DNA of 57,005 nucleotides from a virus (IMGVR_UViG_3300025667_000005:1-57005); one strand, 5' to 3'; shown: positions 1 through 7,760, counted from the stretch's first letter. Notes: generated from the sequence alone by a model not told the origin. A program made the numbers and translations.

Positions 1-159
1 ACCACCACAATGGTCGCATGGGACATCTTTCTCTATTTCGTGGCAGCCATTCCAGCCACCCACCTCTATGTCTAGATCATCACAGTAGAGGACGTGGCAC
101 GAGTGTGAGCAGAAATACGATCTATCCTCCACGTCATCGTGGTCATGAATGTGTGCCAT
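1..159 (-). CDS. Cys/His-rich hypothetical protein, runs off window end
   Basis: Manually translated ORF MAHIHDHDDVEDRSYFCSHSCH...PCDHCGG; TAATG overlap with the upstream gene. Confidence 0.65.
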   Translation of the reverse strand, partial: MAHIHDHDDVEDRSYFCSHSCHVLYCDDLDIEVGGWNGCHEIEKDVPCDHCGG

Positions 160-470
160 TAGTATAGATGCTCACCACGAGCCATACCATCCATGAAACT
201 CTCCACAGTCCTCTCCACGGAGTCACATATCTCTGTGATTCTGTCGTCGGAGAAGTCAGCGAGAGCGTCCTGTATGTGTGACCGTAAGTCCTCCGTGTCC
301 TCAGGAAGCCTGTCTAAGTCCCACTTAATGTTGGCTGCCCAGTCACTCACTTTGATCAGCCGTGATATATCCACGTCTGACTCGTTCGTGACAAAGAGTT
401 CGCTGAGTATCATGCTCACATCTACACCGTCATGCCATTGGCGATAAGGGGTGCGCTTGTTCGTTGTCAT
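159..470 (-). CDS. hypothetical protein
   Basis: Acidic 103-aa ORF with start/stop overlaps to both neighbours. Confidence 0.7.
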   Translation of the reverse strand: MTTNKRTPYRQWHDGVDVSMILSELFVTNESDVDISRLIKVSDWAANIKWDLDRLPEDTEDLRSHIQDALADFSDDRITEICDSVERTVESFMDGMARGEHLY

Positions 471-802
471 TGTGCCACCCGTCCGCTAATCTCTATTTCA
501 ATAGCGTCAACGAGGTTAGCGAAGTTGTGTTCGTTCAGGAAAATGGAGACATCGCCGATGTTTAGGACTACAAACGGTTCTGCCCCGTCTACCTGCCCGG
601 CGGTGACTAATGTTCCTTGGGATGCGCGTGGGGTGTGGATGGTGACTCGGTTAAAGTCATGGCCTTCACCCACCCGACGGAACTCAACAACCTCAACCGA
701 TAGGCGGTCTCCGGATTGGTCGTACTCCGATACCCATCTGGCTGAGGTGGCGATGGAGTTTCCGCAATCGTTTTCTTCGTGGTCAAATACTACGTTTTTC
801 AT
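467..802 (-). CDS. hypothetical protein
   Basis: 111-aa ORF, GAAGGAG SD, ATGA overlaps. Confidence 0.7.
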   Translation of the reverse strand: MKNVVFDHEENDCGNSIATSARWVSEYDQSGDRLSVEVVEFRRVGEGHDFNRVTIHTPRASQGTLVTAGQVDGAEPFVVLNIGDVSIFLNEHNFANLVDAIEIEISGRVAQ

Positions 803-972
803 TCTACTTCTCCTTCTATTTTGTACGAATCAGATACTTCAAAAACCCTCTCGAAATCCTCCAACTCCCCATCATAAGCAAATGCAAGTTCCATTGCCTC
901 TGCATAAGACTCAGCCTTGAACTTAACTGTTCCGTAGCGTGTGTCACGAAAATCAATCTCAAACATTATCAT
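799..972 (-). CDS. small hypothetical protein (57 aa, not in ORF track)
   Basis: MIMFEIDFRDTRYGTVKFKAESYAEAMELAF...GEVE exactly fills the gap, with TAATG and ATGA overlaps. Confidence 0.7.
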   Translation of the reverse strand: MIMFEIDFRDTRYGTVKFKAESYAEAMELAFAYDGELEDFERVFEVSDSYKIEGEVE

Positions 973-1511
973 TATTGTACTGCTCCTTCTTCTTCTTTAA
1001 GAACACGCAACTCAAGCGTGTTGAATATAAGGGTGTCCCCTTCTGGGTCGCCAACAAGGTCATCGTCAAGGACGACGGCCTCACCAAGGTGTACAGAGAC
1101 GACTGTCCCCGTGATCCCGGTCTGTGTTTTGTGCTGGACACGTTTGCCGACCAGCACGGTGCGCTGGCAAGCGTCGTACAACTCTATGGGGCTAATCTGT
1201 GACCAGCCCATGCCATTCACTACCCACACTTCTCCGTTAGGGAGGACGCAAGCGTCGGATACTGAGAGGCTGCGTTGCTCGTAGTACACGTTGTGTTCAA
1301 ATGATGGGTCGCCAGTCACGGCGTTGTTGTATCGGTATACCATACCGAGGTATGACTTTGGGTCAGCCTCATGGTCAGCAGTCCACTCGTCAAGGTGCCC
1401 ATCCTTGGCAGCGTATTCGTAAGCGAAGGAGAGGGTGGTTTCTCCGGGGATGAAGTCGCTGTATTCACCTGCCCCGCTGTGGTATATCTGTACTGCGTTT
1501 ACTTTGCTCAT
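972..1511 (-). CDS. YodL-like domain protein with C-terminal SH3/KOW-like segment
   Basis: RSLSVSDACVL...VWVVNGMGW resembles the YodL signature (SLSVSDVVVL...YVDxxGF); start moved to ATG 1511 behind GAAGGA SD. Confidence 0.55.
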   Translation of the reverse strand: MSKVNAVQIYHSGAGEYSDFIPGETTLSFAYEYAAKDGHLDEWTADHEADPKSYLGMVYRYNNAVTGDPSFEHNVYYEQRSLSVSDACVLPNGEVWVVNGMGWSQISPIELYDACQRTVLVGKRVQHKTQTGITGTVVSVHLGEAVVLDDDLVGDPEGDTLIFNTLELRVLKEEEGAVQ

Positions 1512-1563
1512 GTTGATCCTTCTCTCGCATCTCGTTTTGGCTCGTACCTCGTGCCACAAAGAA

Positions 1564-1591
1564 CACTACCGTCGTGGAATCCCGTTGCAAC
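1564..1591 (-). promoter_or_regulatory. putative sigma70-type promoter
   Basis: TTGCAA-N16-TAGTGT in the intergenic gap upstream of the 1511 start. Confidence 0.4.
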
Positions 1592-1606
1592 ACTTATTTG
1601 GAAACT

Positions 1607-2023
1607 TTATTGCATTTCTTTTGACCAGACCCAAACATAGGTGCTTGCGCCATCTAAATGCGGACTCTTCTTCTCTTCTAGTATCCAATGATATGTGTCC
1701 CCATAGTATCCAGAAAGGCCACGGTATCCAGTCGGGTGCCCCCAATAGTCACGTGTGACCTTATTGGCATCCACCACCTCTTGCTCGCTCATTGCTGGCG
1801 TATAGAAGAAAGACCCCTCTGTTGGGTAACGCTTGGTTACGGGGAGCCTGTACGGCCAAGCGTGTCGGGGAGTTTCATTTTCTGATGTCTGCTCCAGCAA
1901 CTCTTCAAGATGCTTAAGTGTGTCAGACATTTCGTCAAGCATCCCCTGCATCTTTTCAATACCCTTAAACGCTTTCTTAAGAGAGTCTCCCTCGTAGTAC
2001 TTTTTCCATGTCTGCTCGTTCAT
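1607..2023 (-). CDS. hypothetical protein
   Basis: 138-aa ORF with N-terminal coiled-coil, ATGA overlap. Confidence 0.7.
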   Translation of the reverse strand: MNEQTWKKYYEGDSLKKAFKGIEKMQGMLDEMSDTLKHLEELLEQTSENETPRHAWPYRLPVTKRYPTEGSFFYTPAMSEQEVVDANKVTRDYWGHPTGYRGLSGYYGDTYHWILEEKKSPHLDGASTYVWVWSKEMQ

Positions 2024-2298
2024 TCTTCGTCACACCTCCGGTGCATAATGAGTGGGGTGCCTTCGCCAGCCCACAAGCACAAGATGTTGTGGTCAGCAAA
2101 CTCAGAGGCTTCTTCATAGTTAAATCCATTGTTGAGCATAAGGGTACGGATTATTAAATCGTAATCATATACGGCCAATGGAACGCCCATAGCCTGTGAC
2201 GCTGTCCCCACAAGTGCGTCATCTAGATCGTCAAAGGAAATAGCAGAGGGGTTTGCGTCCCCTAAATCCATCATCATTTGTATTGGTTCTTTACTCAT
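2020..2298 (-). CDS. conserved-type phage hypothetical protein
   Basis: DDALVG...AVYDYD...EEASEFADHNI...GEGTP pattern recalled from small phage proteins; GGAG SD. Confidence 0.7.
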   Translation of the reverse strand: MSKEPIQMMMDLGDANPSAISFDDLDDALVGTASQAMGVPLAVYDYDLIIRTLMLNNGFNYEEASEFADHNILCLWAGEGTPLIMHRRCDEE

Positions 2299-2617
2299 TG
2301 TAATCTCCATGTGTTGGTGCTTGTGTTGGTTTCTTCTCTAACCATTTCAGAGCCTCTTTCATGGTTAGTAAATCGTCGTTGTTATTGTCATCTCGTATGT
2401 AGATAAACCAACGGTCACCCACACGTACCACGTGCCCGACCCAGTTCTCGTGGGTGATGGTACACTCTGGTGGGTTAGTGGTTAGTTGTGATATGGAGTC
2501 ATTCAAGCACCACTCTTCTACGTGTAGCGCTCGTGAGTTGTGCGCCATGTTGATTAGGTCGTCCCTGTCCTTACGGTACATCCAGATGTCTGGTGTGGGG
2601 TCGGGGGCGTTAGTCAT
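2291..2617 (-). CDS. hypothetical protein
   Basis: 108-aa ORF overlapping both neighbours. Confidence 0.65.
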   Translation of the reverse strand: MTNAPDPTPDIWMYRKDRDDLINMAHNSRALHVEEWCLNDSISQLTTNPPECTITHENWVGHVVRVGDRWFIYIRDDNNNDDLLTMKEALKWLEKKPTQAPTHGDYNE

Positions 2618-2694
2618 AGGTTTACCGCTCTGATCAGCACTAGCGTCCCCATGAGGGTTAGCAGTACGAACATGATCCCGAGTCGTTCTAGCAT
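2614..2694 (-). CDS. 26-aa single-TM micropeptide
   Basis: MLERLGIMFVLLTLMGTLVLIRAVNL; GAGGAG SD; ATGA overlap with downstream gene. Confidence 0.55.
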   Translation of the reverse strand: MLERLGIMFVLLTLMGTLVLIRAVNL

Positions 2695-2909
2695 TTCTTC
2701 ACTCCTCTGAGTATGGTTGTACGCATAGCCACAGCAGCATCTCTCTTGTTCACGTACCCCACAGCCCTACGGGTGTCCCCGTAGTCGTTGGAGTCTATGG
2801 CCATAGCGTTCATGTCCTCAATAATGGTGTTGACTGCCTCCATTAGTAGTTCATATTGTTCGTTAGTTAGTAAGAAGGTGCATTGCACACCACGTTTTCG
2901 TTTAGTCAT
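2688..2909 (-). CDS. hypothetical protein
   Basis: Start reassigned to MTKRKRG (2909); the longer ORF runs through the structured element. Confidence 0.6.
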   Translation of the reverse strand: MTKRKRGVQCTFLLTNEQYELLMEAVNTIIEDMNAMAIDSNDYGDTRRAVGYVNKRDAAVAMRTTILRGVKKC

Positions 2910-2923
2910 TGTGTATGGCGTAA

Positions 2924-3007
2924 GCCGACTGGGGAAGGGAGCGCTCCCCCCAAGGGGGAAGGGTGGGGAGGCTCGTCGTGTGGGCACACGAACCTCCCCC
3001 AGCCGAC
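2924..3007 (-). ncRNA. GC-rich structured intergenic RNA element, function unknown
   Basis: 15-bp closing stem (3 GU pairs), two inner hairpins and an alternative 11-bp stem. Confidence 0.45.
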
Positions 3008-3011
3008 CGAT

Positions 3012-4070
3012 CTAGGCCATCACCACCTCTTTGATCACTTCCATGACGAGGTCATCGTCTTTGTCTGTTTTCCCGCTCACCGTGTTCATCATGTTGCGCT
3101 CGGTACGGGACGTTTCTGCTCCCTTGAGGTGATGGTTATAGGTGTTCCATGCTTGCACCACTCCCAGAGCAGTACCTGCCCAAGGTGTAACCCGTGGGTC
3201 AGTTTCCCAGAGGCGACGCACAGCGTACTGTCGGTTCTCTGCTCGGGTGACACCCGCTTGGTTGGAGTCACCTAAAGTAGGCACCGGGGATAGTTGGTTG
3301 ACAATAAGATCAAACTGCTTTTTGGTCACGTCAATAGAGGACAGTCGTTCAATCTCTGACACGATGGACTCGCCTCCAGTATGAACCAACTCAAGCGCCT
3401 TGCGAGCGTCACCCAGTTTGAGGGTACTCTTAGAAGAGTGCCGTGATCGGAAGACCTGACCATTGTTCTTAAGTCCCCAAGAGAGCGTGTTGTCACACAC
3501 TACTGCTGTGGCTGTCTGTTTGAATGTAGTGGACAGGCTCCCGTTGTGGCTAGTGGTCGCCAACAGTTGTGGACGGATAGTGAAGCCACTAGGTGTCTGG
3601 ATGTTGTCAGGTAGTTCAATGCTCACCCACGCCACTCCACCGTTCTTGAGTAGGCCAGCGGAAGCGATACTGAGGTCATCATCTAGCAGGTCTGCTACTG
3701 ACTTAAGCAACCACTCGTCATACTGGTGAATGGTGTACCCGGATCGGAATACACGAAACACCTCGTGGGTGTCAGAGCGACCTATAAGTTTGTGGTCAGG
3801 GACAGACACCGTTTTGTAGGTCAACCCATCATCATCAAAGTGATCCATGTCAGCGTCTTCAAACGCACACGGGACGCTGTAGGAAAGGTCAAACTCTTGC
3901 GCTTGCCAGTTGAACAATCGTCGCTCAACGTCTTCTACAGGGATAGCGTTAAGGTAGTGGTTAGTCTCTGTGCCTTGGTCGCTTGCTCGGTAGTGCCAAG
4001 CGTTACCTCGTTTACTGGTGAACCCGACCAGAACATTCTGGTTGAGCCACTCGCTGGTTTCTTTGCTCAT
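3012..4070 (-). CDS. DUF932 family (phage/plasmid-like TIGR03299) protein
   Basis: N-terminal AWH motif, SAGLLKNGGVAW, LLATTSHNGS, VVCDNTL, RHS, GTALGVVQA; start MSKETSEW with GAAGGA SD. Confidence 0.85.
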   Translation of the reverse strand: MSKETSEWLNQNVLVGFTSKRGNAWHYRASDQGTETNHYLNAIPVEDVERRLFNWQAQEFDLSYSVPCAFEDADMDHFDDDGLTYKTVSVPDHKLIGRSDTHEVFRVFRSGYTIHQYDEWLLKSVADLLDDDLSIASAGLLKNGGVAWVSIELPDNIQTPSGFTIRPQLLATTSHNGSLSTTFKQTATAVVCDNTLSWGLKNNGQVFRSRHSSKSTLKLGDARKALELVHTGGESIVSEIERLSSIDVTKKQFDLIVNQLSPVPTLGDSNQAGVTRAENRQYAVRRLWETDPRVTPWAGTALGVVQAWNTYNHHLKGAETSRTERNMMNTVSGKTDKDDDLVMEVIKEVVMA

Positions 4071-4119
4071 TGTTTCCTTCTCTCTTTTGTACCCGTGCTC
4101 TACTTGAGCAGTACCATTA

Positions 4120-4515
4120 TTACCTCCAACGCTTCTTAAAACCAACCTCGTCGTTAGATAAATCTTCTTGGGTCAAAGTACCCAACCTGTGTGTGGCTTT
4201 TTTGGTCATGTCTGCTACCATTGCTATTCGCTCCTGTAGAGCCATCACGGATTGTCTCAGCATCTCAGGTTGGCTGTCAAACAGACCCATAGCGACAAGA
4301 CGGTTCAGGTGGTTTATATGCGCTAGACCTTGAGACATTTGTGGTGACGCTTTGTGTGCGTACTCACTATGCTCCCTATCTTTGTCCAGCCTAGACAGAA
4401 GCAACTTTGCTCCATTTATTGCTGCTGCTTTTTCTTTTAGTGTCGTGTACGTACCTACGTTGTAGGTCTTGTTTCGTGCATACACTCGGGCATTAAGTTT
4501 ATTAGTCGTACTCAT
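4120..4515 (-). CDS. putative AP2-like DNA-binding protein
   Basis: ARVYARNKTYNVGTYTTLKEKAAA resembles an AP2 beta-sheet plus helix. Confidence 0.45.
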   Translation of the reverse strand: MSTTNKLNARVYARNKTYNVGTYTTLKEKAAAINGAKLLLSRLDKDREHSEYAHKASPQMSQGLAHINHLNRLVAMGLFDSQPEMLRQSVMALQERIAMVADMTKKATHRLGTLTQEDLSNDEVGFKKRWR

Positions 4516-4727
4516 TATCGTTTATCCTTCTTGTTTGTTTTACGGCGTGGCCTATGGCCACGGTCAGTTACCTTATCGGCTACCGCCTGACTTCCATCAC
4601 TACAGCGATTGAGAAATGTTAACTCGTGTTCCCAACAGGCTCCCAACGTACCTCCCGTGGGTACTATTACTTCCCCACACTTGCAGATAGCCCTCCTTGG
4701 GTAACCTTCCTGCTTAGGCATTATCAA
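4515..4727 (-). CDS. small Cys-containing hypothetical protein
   Basis: CKCG...CWEH...C and basic tail; TAATG overlap. Confidence 0.6.
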   Translation of the reverse strand: MIMPKQEGYPRRAICKCGEVIVPTGGTLGACWEHELTFLNRCSDGSQAVADKVTDRGHRPRRKTNKKDKR

Positions 4728-4743
4728 GCCATCCCTGTAACAA

Positions 4744-5088
4744 TCACTCGCATAACTTGATCACACTTATTGGTGGCTCCCACTCCGTGTCAAAGTCGTT
4801 GTCCTCTAGGTATGACCAGAACCCAAAGCAGGCACCGTCACCCTCGCATGACCCAAACCATATCCCTTCTGGGCACATCTCGTTTAGTAAATCAAAGAGG
4901 TCAGCAACATACTGCTGTATCTCTTCCTCGTCACTCGGTATTACTGGCCACGCCAGTTTCCAGCAGCGGAGAGCCTTGTCATGATTCCCTACCACGGACA
5001 GCATCGCTGTGATTAGGTCAAGAGGAAGCAGCGTGCCCTCAGATATAATATCGCCAGACGAAACGTCCAGAGTCTCAAGGTCAGCCAT
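4744..5088 (-). CDS. conserved-type phage hypothetical protein
   Basis: GTLxPxDLI...PEGIWFGxxEGDGACFGFW pattern recalled from phage proteins. Confidence 0.7.
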   Translation of the reverse strand: MADLETLDVSSGDIISEGTLLPLDLITAMLSVVGNHDKALRCWKLAWPVIPSDEEEIQQYVADLFDLLNEMCPEGIWFGSCEGDGACFGFWSYLEDNDFDTEWEPPISVIKLCE

Positions 5089-5393
5089 TAGAAAGGCTCA
5101 TTCAAGAGATCGTCAGCATCGGCGGGTATCACGTGGAATAACTCGGAGCCGTTAAACATGAGGCGACCCTCTTTTATCTGTACAGAATAACTGTTGCCCT
5201 CTACTGTACGGGAGTCCACGAGGGCAGCCAGTACCTCACGACACGAGCGAGTGATCTCGTCAAGGAACGGTTTAAGGTTCCCCTCCCCGATCTCTTCTAG
5301 CAGGTCTGTGTAATCAGAGCGCTCTCTGTCTAGGTCAACTCCGACCTCTAGCACGAGTCTCATTCCGGTGTCTTTTTCAAATGTTGAGTTCAT
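5088..5393 (-). CDS. hypothetical protein, probably leaderless
   Basis: ATG 5393 lies 7 nt after a -10 box. Confidence 0.65.
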   Translation of the reverse strand: MNSTFEKDTGMRLVLEVGVDLDRERSDYTDLLEEIGEGNLKPFLDEITRSCREVLAALVDSRTVEGNSYSVQIKEGRLMFNGSELFHVIPADADDLLNEPF

Positions 5394-5400
5394 GCTGGTG

Positions 5401-5429
5401 ACTATAGCAGTGGGAAAACCCAGACACAA
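5401..5429 (-). promoter_or_regulatory. promoter of the early-type gene island
   Basis: TTGTGT-N17-TATAGT with TG extended -10; spacer contains inverted repeat TGGG-TTTT-CCCA. Confidence 0.6.
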
Positions 5430-5437
5430 CGGTACCC

Positions 5438-5480
5438 TTAAAATACCCCCTTAAGGCGCTTTTTAAGGCCCTTCTTAAGG
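5438..5480. repeat. phased TTAAGG direct repeats
   Basis: TTAAGG at 5451, 5463, 5475 (12-bp period) plus TTAA at 5438. Confidence 0.7.
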
Positions 5481-5484
5481 TGTA

Positions 5485-6027
5485 CTAAAAACCTTGATCT
5501 TTCGGGCCAGAAGAGCCACGCAATCGTGGGTCATTCTTCCAGTCATCTCCGGGGGCAGTGAACGGCCACTTTGCTCCCATAGACACACGCTCTTTTATCT
5601 TAAGTTTGCGTAAAGGGGCGCCAGTATCGGGATGGACTTCAGGATTGGATTCTTTTTGTGCCCTGTAAGAAGCGAGGGCATCAACACCCTGACGGGCGTA
5701 TGGTAAAGCAGACGAACTAGAAGCGATAGCCATACCAGAAACAGGATCAATGGCACCGGTGGCTGCCCCGGCTAGACCGAGAGCAACACTAGCAACTGTC
5801 CCCACCTTAGTGCCCAACGTGGACTTGCCCCATGTCTCTTTGTAGTGTGCCTTCGCTGAGTCAACCATCTCAACCATATCGTCCTGAGGACGGTGGAGGT
5901 CATCAAAGTTGTAGTCTGGGTCAGGCGCAAACAAATCCCATTGTGGGCTGGTCAGGTTTCGGTGTAGTTGACGCAAGCCCTCCCCACCATCACGGTCACG
6001 GTTAACGTCCCGCACAGGCCGGTTCAT
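5485..6027 (-). CDS. hypothetical protein with hydrophobic Gly/Ala segment
   Basis: Start MNRPV at 6027 gives TAATG overlap; segment VGTVASVALGLAGAATG. Confidence 0.7.
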   Translation of the reverse strand: MNRPVRDVNRDRDGGEGLRQLHRNLTSPQWDLFAPDPDYNFDDLHRPQDDMVEMVDSAKAHYKETWGKSTLGTKVGTVASVALGLAGAATGAIDPVSGMAIASSSSALPYARQGVDALASYRAQKESNPEVHPDTGAPLRKLKIKERVSMGAKWPFTAPGDDWKNDPRLRGSSGPKDQGF

Positions 6028-6380
6028 TACTCTTCTTCGGGTGGTTGCCACCCAGAGGTACGTAACTCACGTTCAGCGAGGTCATGGAATGAGGCGTTAG
6101 CGCTGTTTGATTGGCTATACTCTTTTTTCATCTCAGAAACCTGATCGTGATCAAGGTAGTTGTTGAGGTCACCACCAACATTTTGTAGAATGCTAATGGT
6201 GTGAGCAGCAGCCGATCCCTTAGCGTGAGTCTCGTCCCAGTGGGAGGCTAGGTGTTGCCACTCAACGGAGTGTGCCCCGTTCTCAGCCATCTCGCGCAGC
6301 ATGTCAGTGTTGTCGCTGTGTGTGCCACCCTCTTGGGTGAGCCGGTGTAGTTCTTCGGCGTGGTCATCATTAATGGGCAT
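6027..6380 (-). CDS. acidic hypothetical protein (paralog of 6380-6766)
   Basis: Shares NG..SVEWxH and C-terminal PEEE with neighbour. Confidence 0.7.
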   Translation of the reverse strand: MPINDDHAEELHRLTQEGGTHSDNTDMLREMAENGAHSVEWQHLASHWDETHAKGSAAAHTISILQNVGGDLNNYLDHDQVSEMKKEYSQSNSANASFHDLAERELRTSGWQPPEEE

Positions 6381-6766
6381 TAGTTAATCTCCTCTTCGGG
6401 TTCTGGGAACCCCCCTGTAAAGTGGTTATTGCTGAACTCTTCACCGTACTCGCCACCGGGAACTTCCGATGTCGGTTTGTTCTCTGGGCCAATGCTACCA
6501 CCAGAGTCTACATGGTTTTGGAGAGTGCGCTGTGCGAGTGATTGAAAGTCAAACAACACCCTGTCTTCATGACGGGCACTAATGGCACCGCCACCAACAA
6601 GACCTAACTTTGATGACATATGTGCCCACTCAACAGATAATGGATCACCATTAGCGCCAAGGTGTTCTCGTACATCTGCGGCGTGCTGAGTCGCTGGGTA
6701 TAAGTCAACACCATTTTCTATGTGAGCACGTAGACTGGTGTGTTGGTCGGGATTGAGTAAAGTCAT
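6380..6766 (-). CDS. acidic hypothetical protein (paralog of 6027-6380)
   Basis: AAGGA SD; N-terminal LNPDQ; SVEWAH motif. Confidence 0.7.
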   Translation of the reverse strand: MTLLNPDQHTSLRAHIENGVDLYPATQHAADVREHLGANGDPLSVEWAHMSSKLGLVGGGAISARHEDRVLFDFQSLAQRTLQNHVDSGGSIGPENKPTSEVPGGEYGEEFSNNHFTGGFPEPEEEIN

Positions 6767-6803
6767 AAGGGGTTCCTTTAAGGGCTACCAACAGTATAGC
6801 AGT

Positions 6804-7337
6804 TCATCCCCAGCAGTATTCTGAAGGGTACCAGTGTCCTTTACCCTGTGGTGTTTCGTACAGCAGCCAAGCGGCGACCAGCACGTTGTTTTCCGGGTCT
6901 TCCATATCGCTGTTTGGAACTCCGGCTTTAGTTGAACGCTCTGCCCAAAACTTGGGGAGATGTTGAAACCATCCCGTCGCCCCTGAGTCTGGATGATACG
7001 CAGTTGAGTAGGTGTCGCTCGGTTGAGCAGACGACTCACAAAACGCTACCCGTAAAGCCCACGCCCGGTCAGCCGGATCAAAGTACTGGTCAACGAGTTC
7101 GCTGAGTGTTGCGGACAGAAATACAGCCAGTGTAGTAGTAGTAGTAGTAGGCGACACTCTCATAGTGGTGACCGGTGGGTGGGTGACCATTGGCAACGGA
7201 TCAGGCACCCATACTGGCCACTCAGCCTCCTCAACCAACACCTTATGTGTATACGGGTCACCGCTTACAGATATGGCCACTTGGGTGCTGGCGCAGCCAA
7301 AGGATAGGGCGAGCAATATGGACGCTAGTGTACGCAT
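6804..7337 (-). CDS. secreted lysozyme-fold lytic transglycosylase (SLT/Rpf-like)
   Basis: Hydrophobic signal peptide, Pro/Thr linker, catalytic CES, GATGWFQ, DPENNVLVAAWL, C-terminal W...C. Confidence 0.8.
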   Translation of the reverse strand: MRTLASILLALSFGCASTQVAISVSGDPYTHKVLVEEAEWPVWVPDPLPMVTHPPVTTMRVSPTTTTTTLAVFLSATLSELVDQYFDPADRAWALRVAFCESSAQPSDTYSTAYHPDSGATGWFQHLPKFWAERSTKAGVPNSDMEDPENNVLVAAWLLYETPQGKGHWYPSEYCWG

Positions 7338-7352
7338 CCAGAGAGGTTACCT

Positions 7353-7760
7353 CTAAGACATATCAAAAAGAAACCTACCGGGTGTGTCGTACACCGGGGT
7401 CTCTTTGTCAGGCAGGAGGCTAAGGTCAATAGGTTCCTCCAGCATCTGTTCCTCATGAGCCTCTGTGCACTCGTCACAACGACAACCTCGTCGGTAGTCT
7501 ACCCATTGTCCGTGTGTCTTAGATGACCTGCGTCTCTCTACAGGAGTCAGGCCACCCCACATACCGAACTTCTCTCCCTTGCCATCTTTGTAAGAGGTAC
7601 CATAGTTAAGGCACTCCTCCCATACGGGGCACGTAGAGCAAACGAGTCGTCCCATCTCGTACCACTGCTGTGGGTCATTAGCGTCCACTGGGGGATACCA
7701 CATGAACTGTGCCTTATCTAGGCACGGTGTGTTGTTGACCCACTCAGGTGTTCCTACCAT
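7353..7760 (-). CDS. whiB: WhiB family Fe-S transcription factor with extra C-terminal Cys motif
   Basis: C...CxxCPVxxxC and GMWGGLT turn, followed by HGxxxxYRRGCRCDEC. Confidence 0.9.
   Translation of the reverse strand: MVGTPEWVNNTPCLDKAQFMWYPPVDANDPQQWYEMGRLVCSTCPVWEECLNYGTSYKDGKGEKFGMWGGLTPVERRRSSKTHGQWVDYRRGCRCDECTEAHEEQMLEEPIDLSLLPDKETPVYDTPGRFLFDMS

Noticed and set aside
2910-2987. N-terminal extension of ORF 2688-2987
   Set aside because: Runs through the structured element; downstream ATG 2909 is more plausible
7132-7150. (GTA)n microsatellite; also CCAGCG/CCACCG runs near 11390-11445 and a 12-bp tandem near 49225-49250
   Set aside because: Explained by poly-Thr, Gly/Ala and KTTS low-complexity coding linkers
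7342-7354. AGAGGT-T-ACCTCT palindrome before the transglycosylase
   Set aside because: Short, single copy and overlapping the SD; insufficient to call an operator
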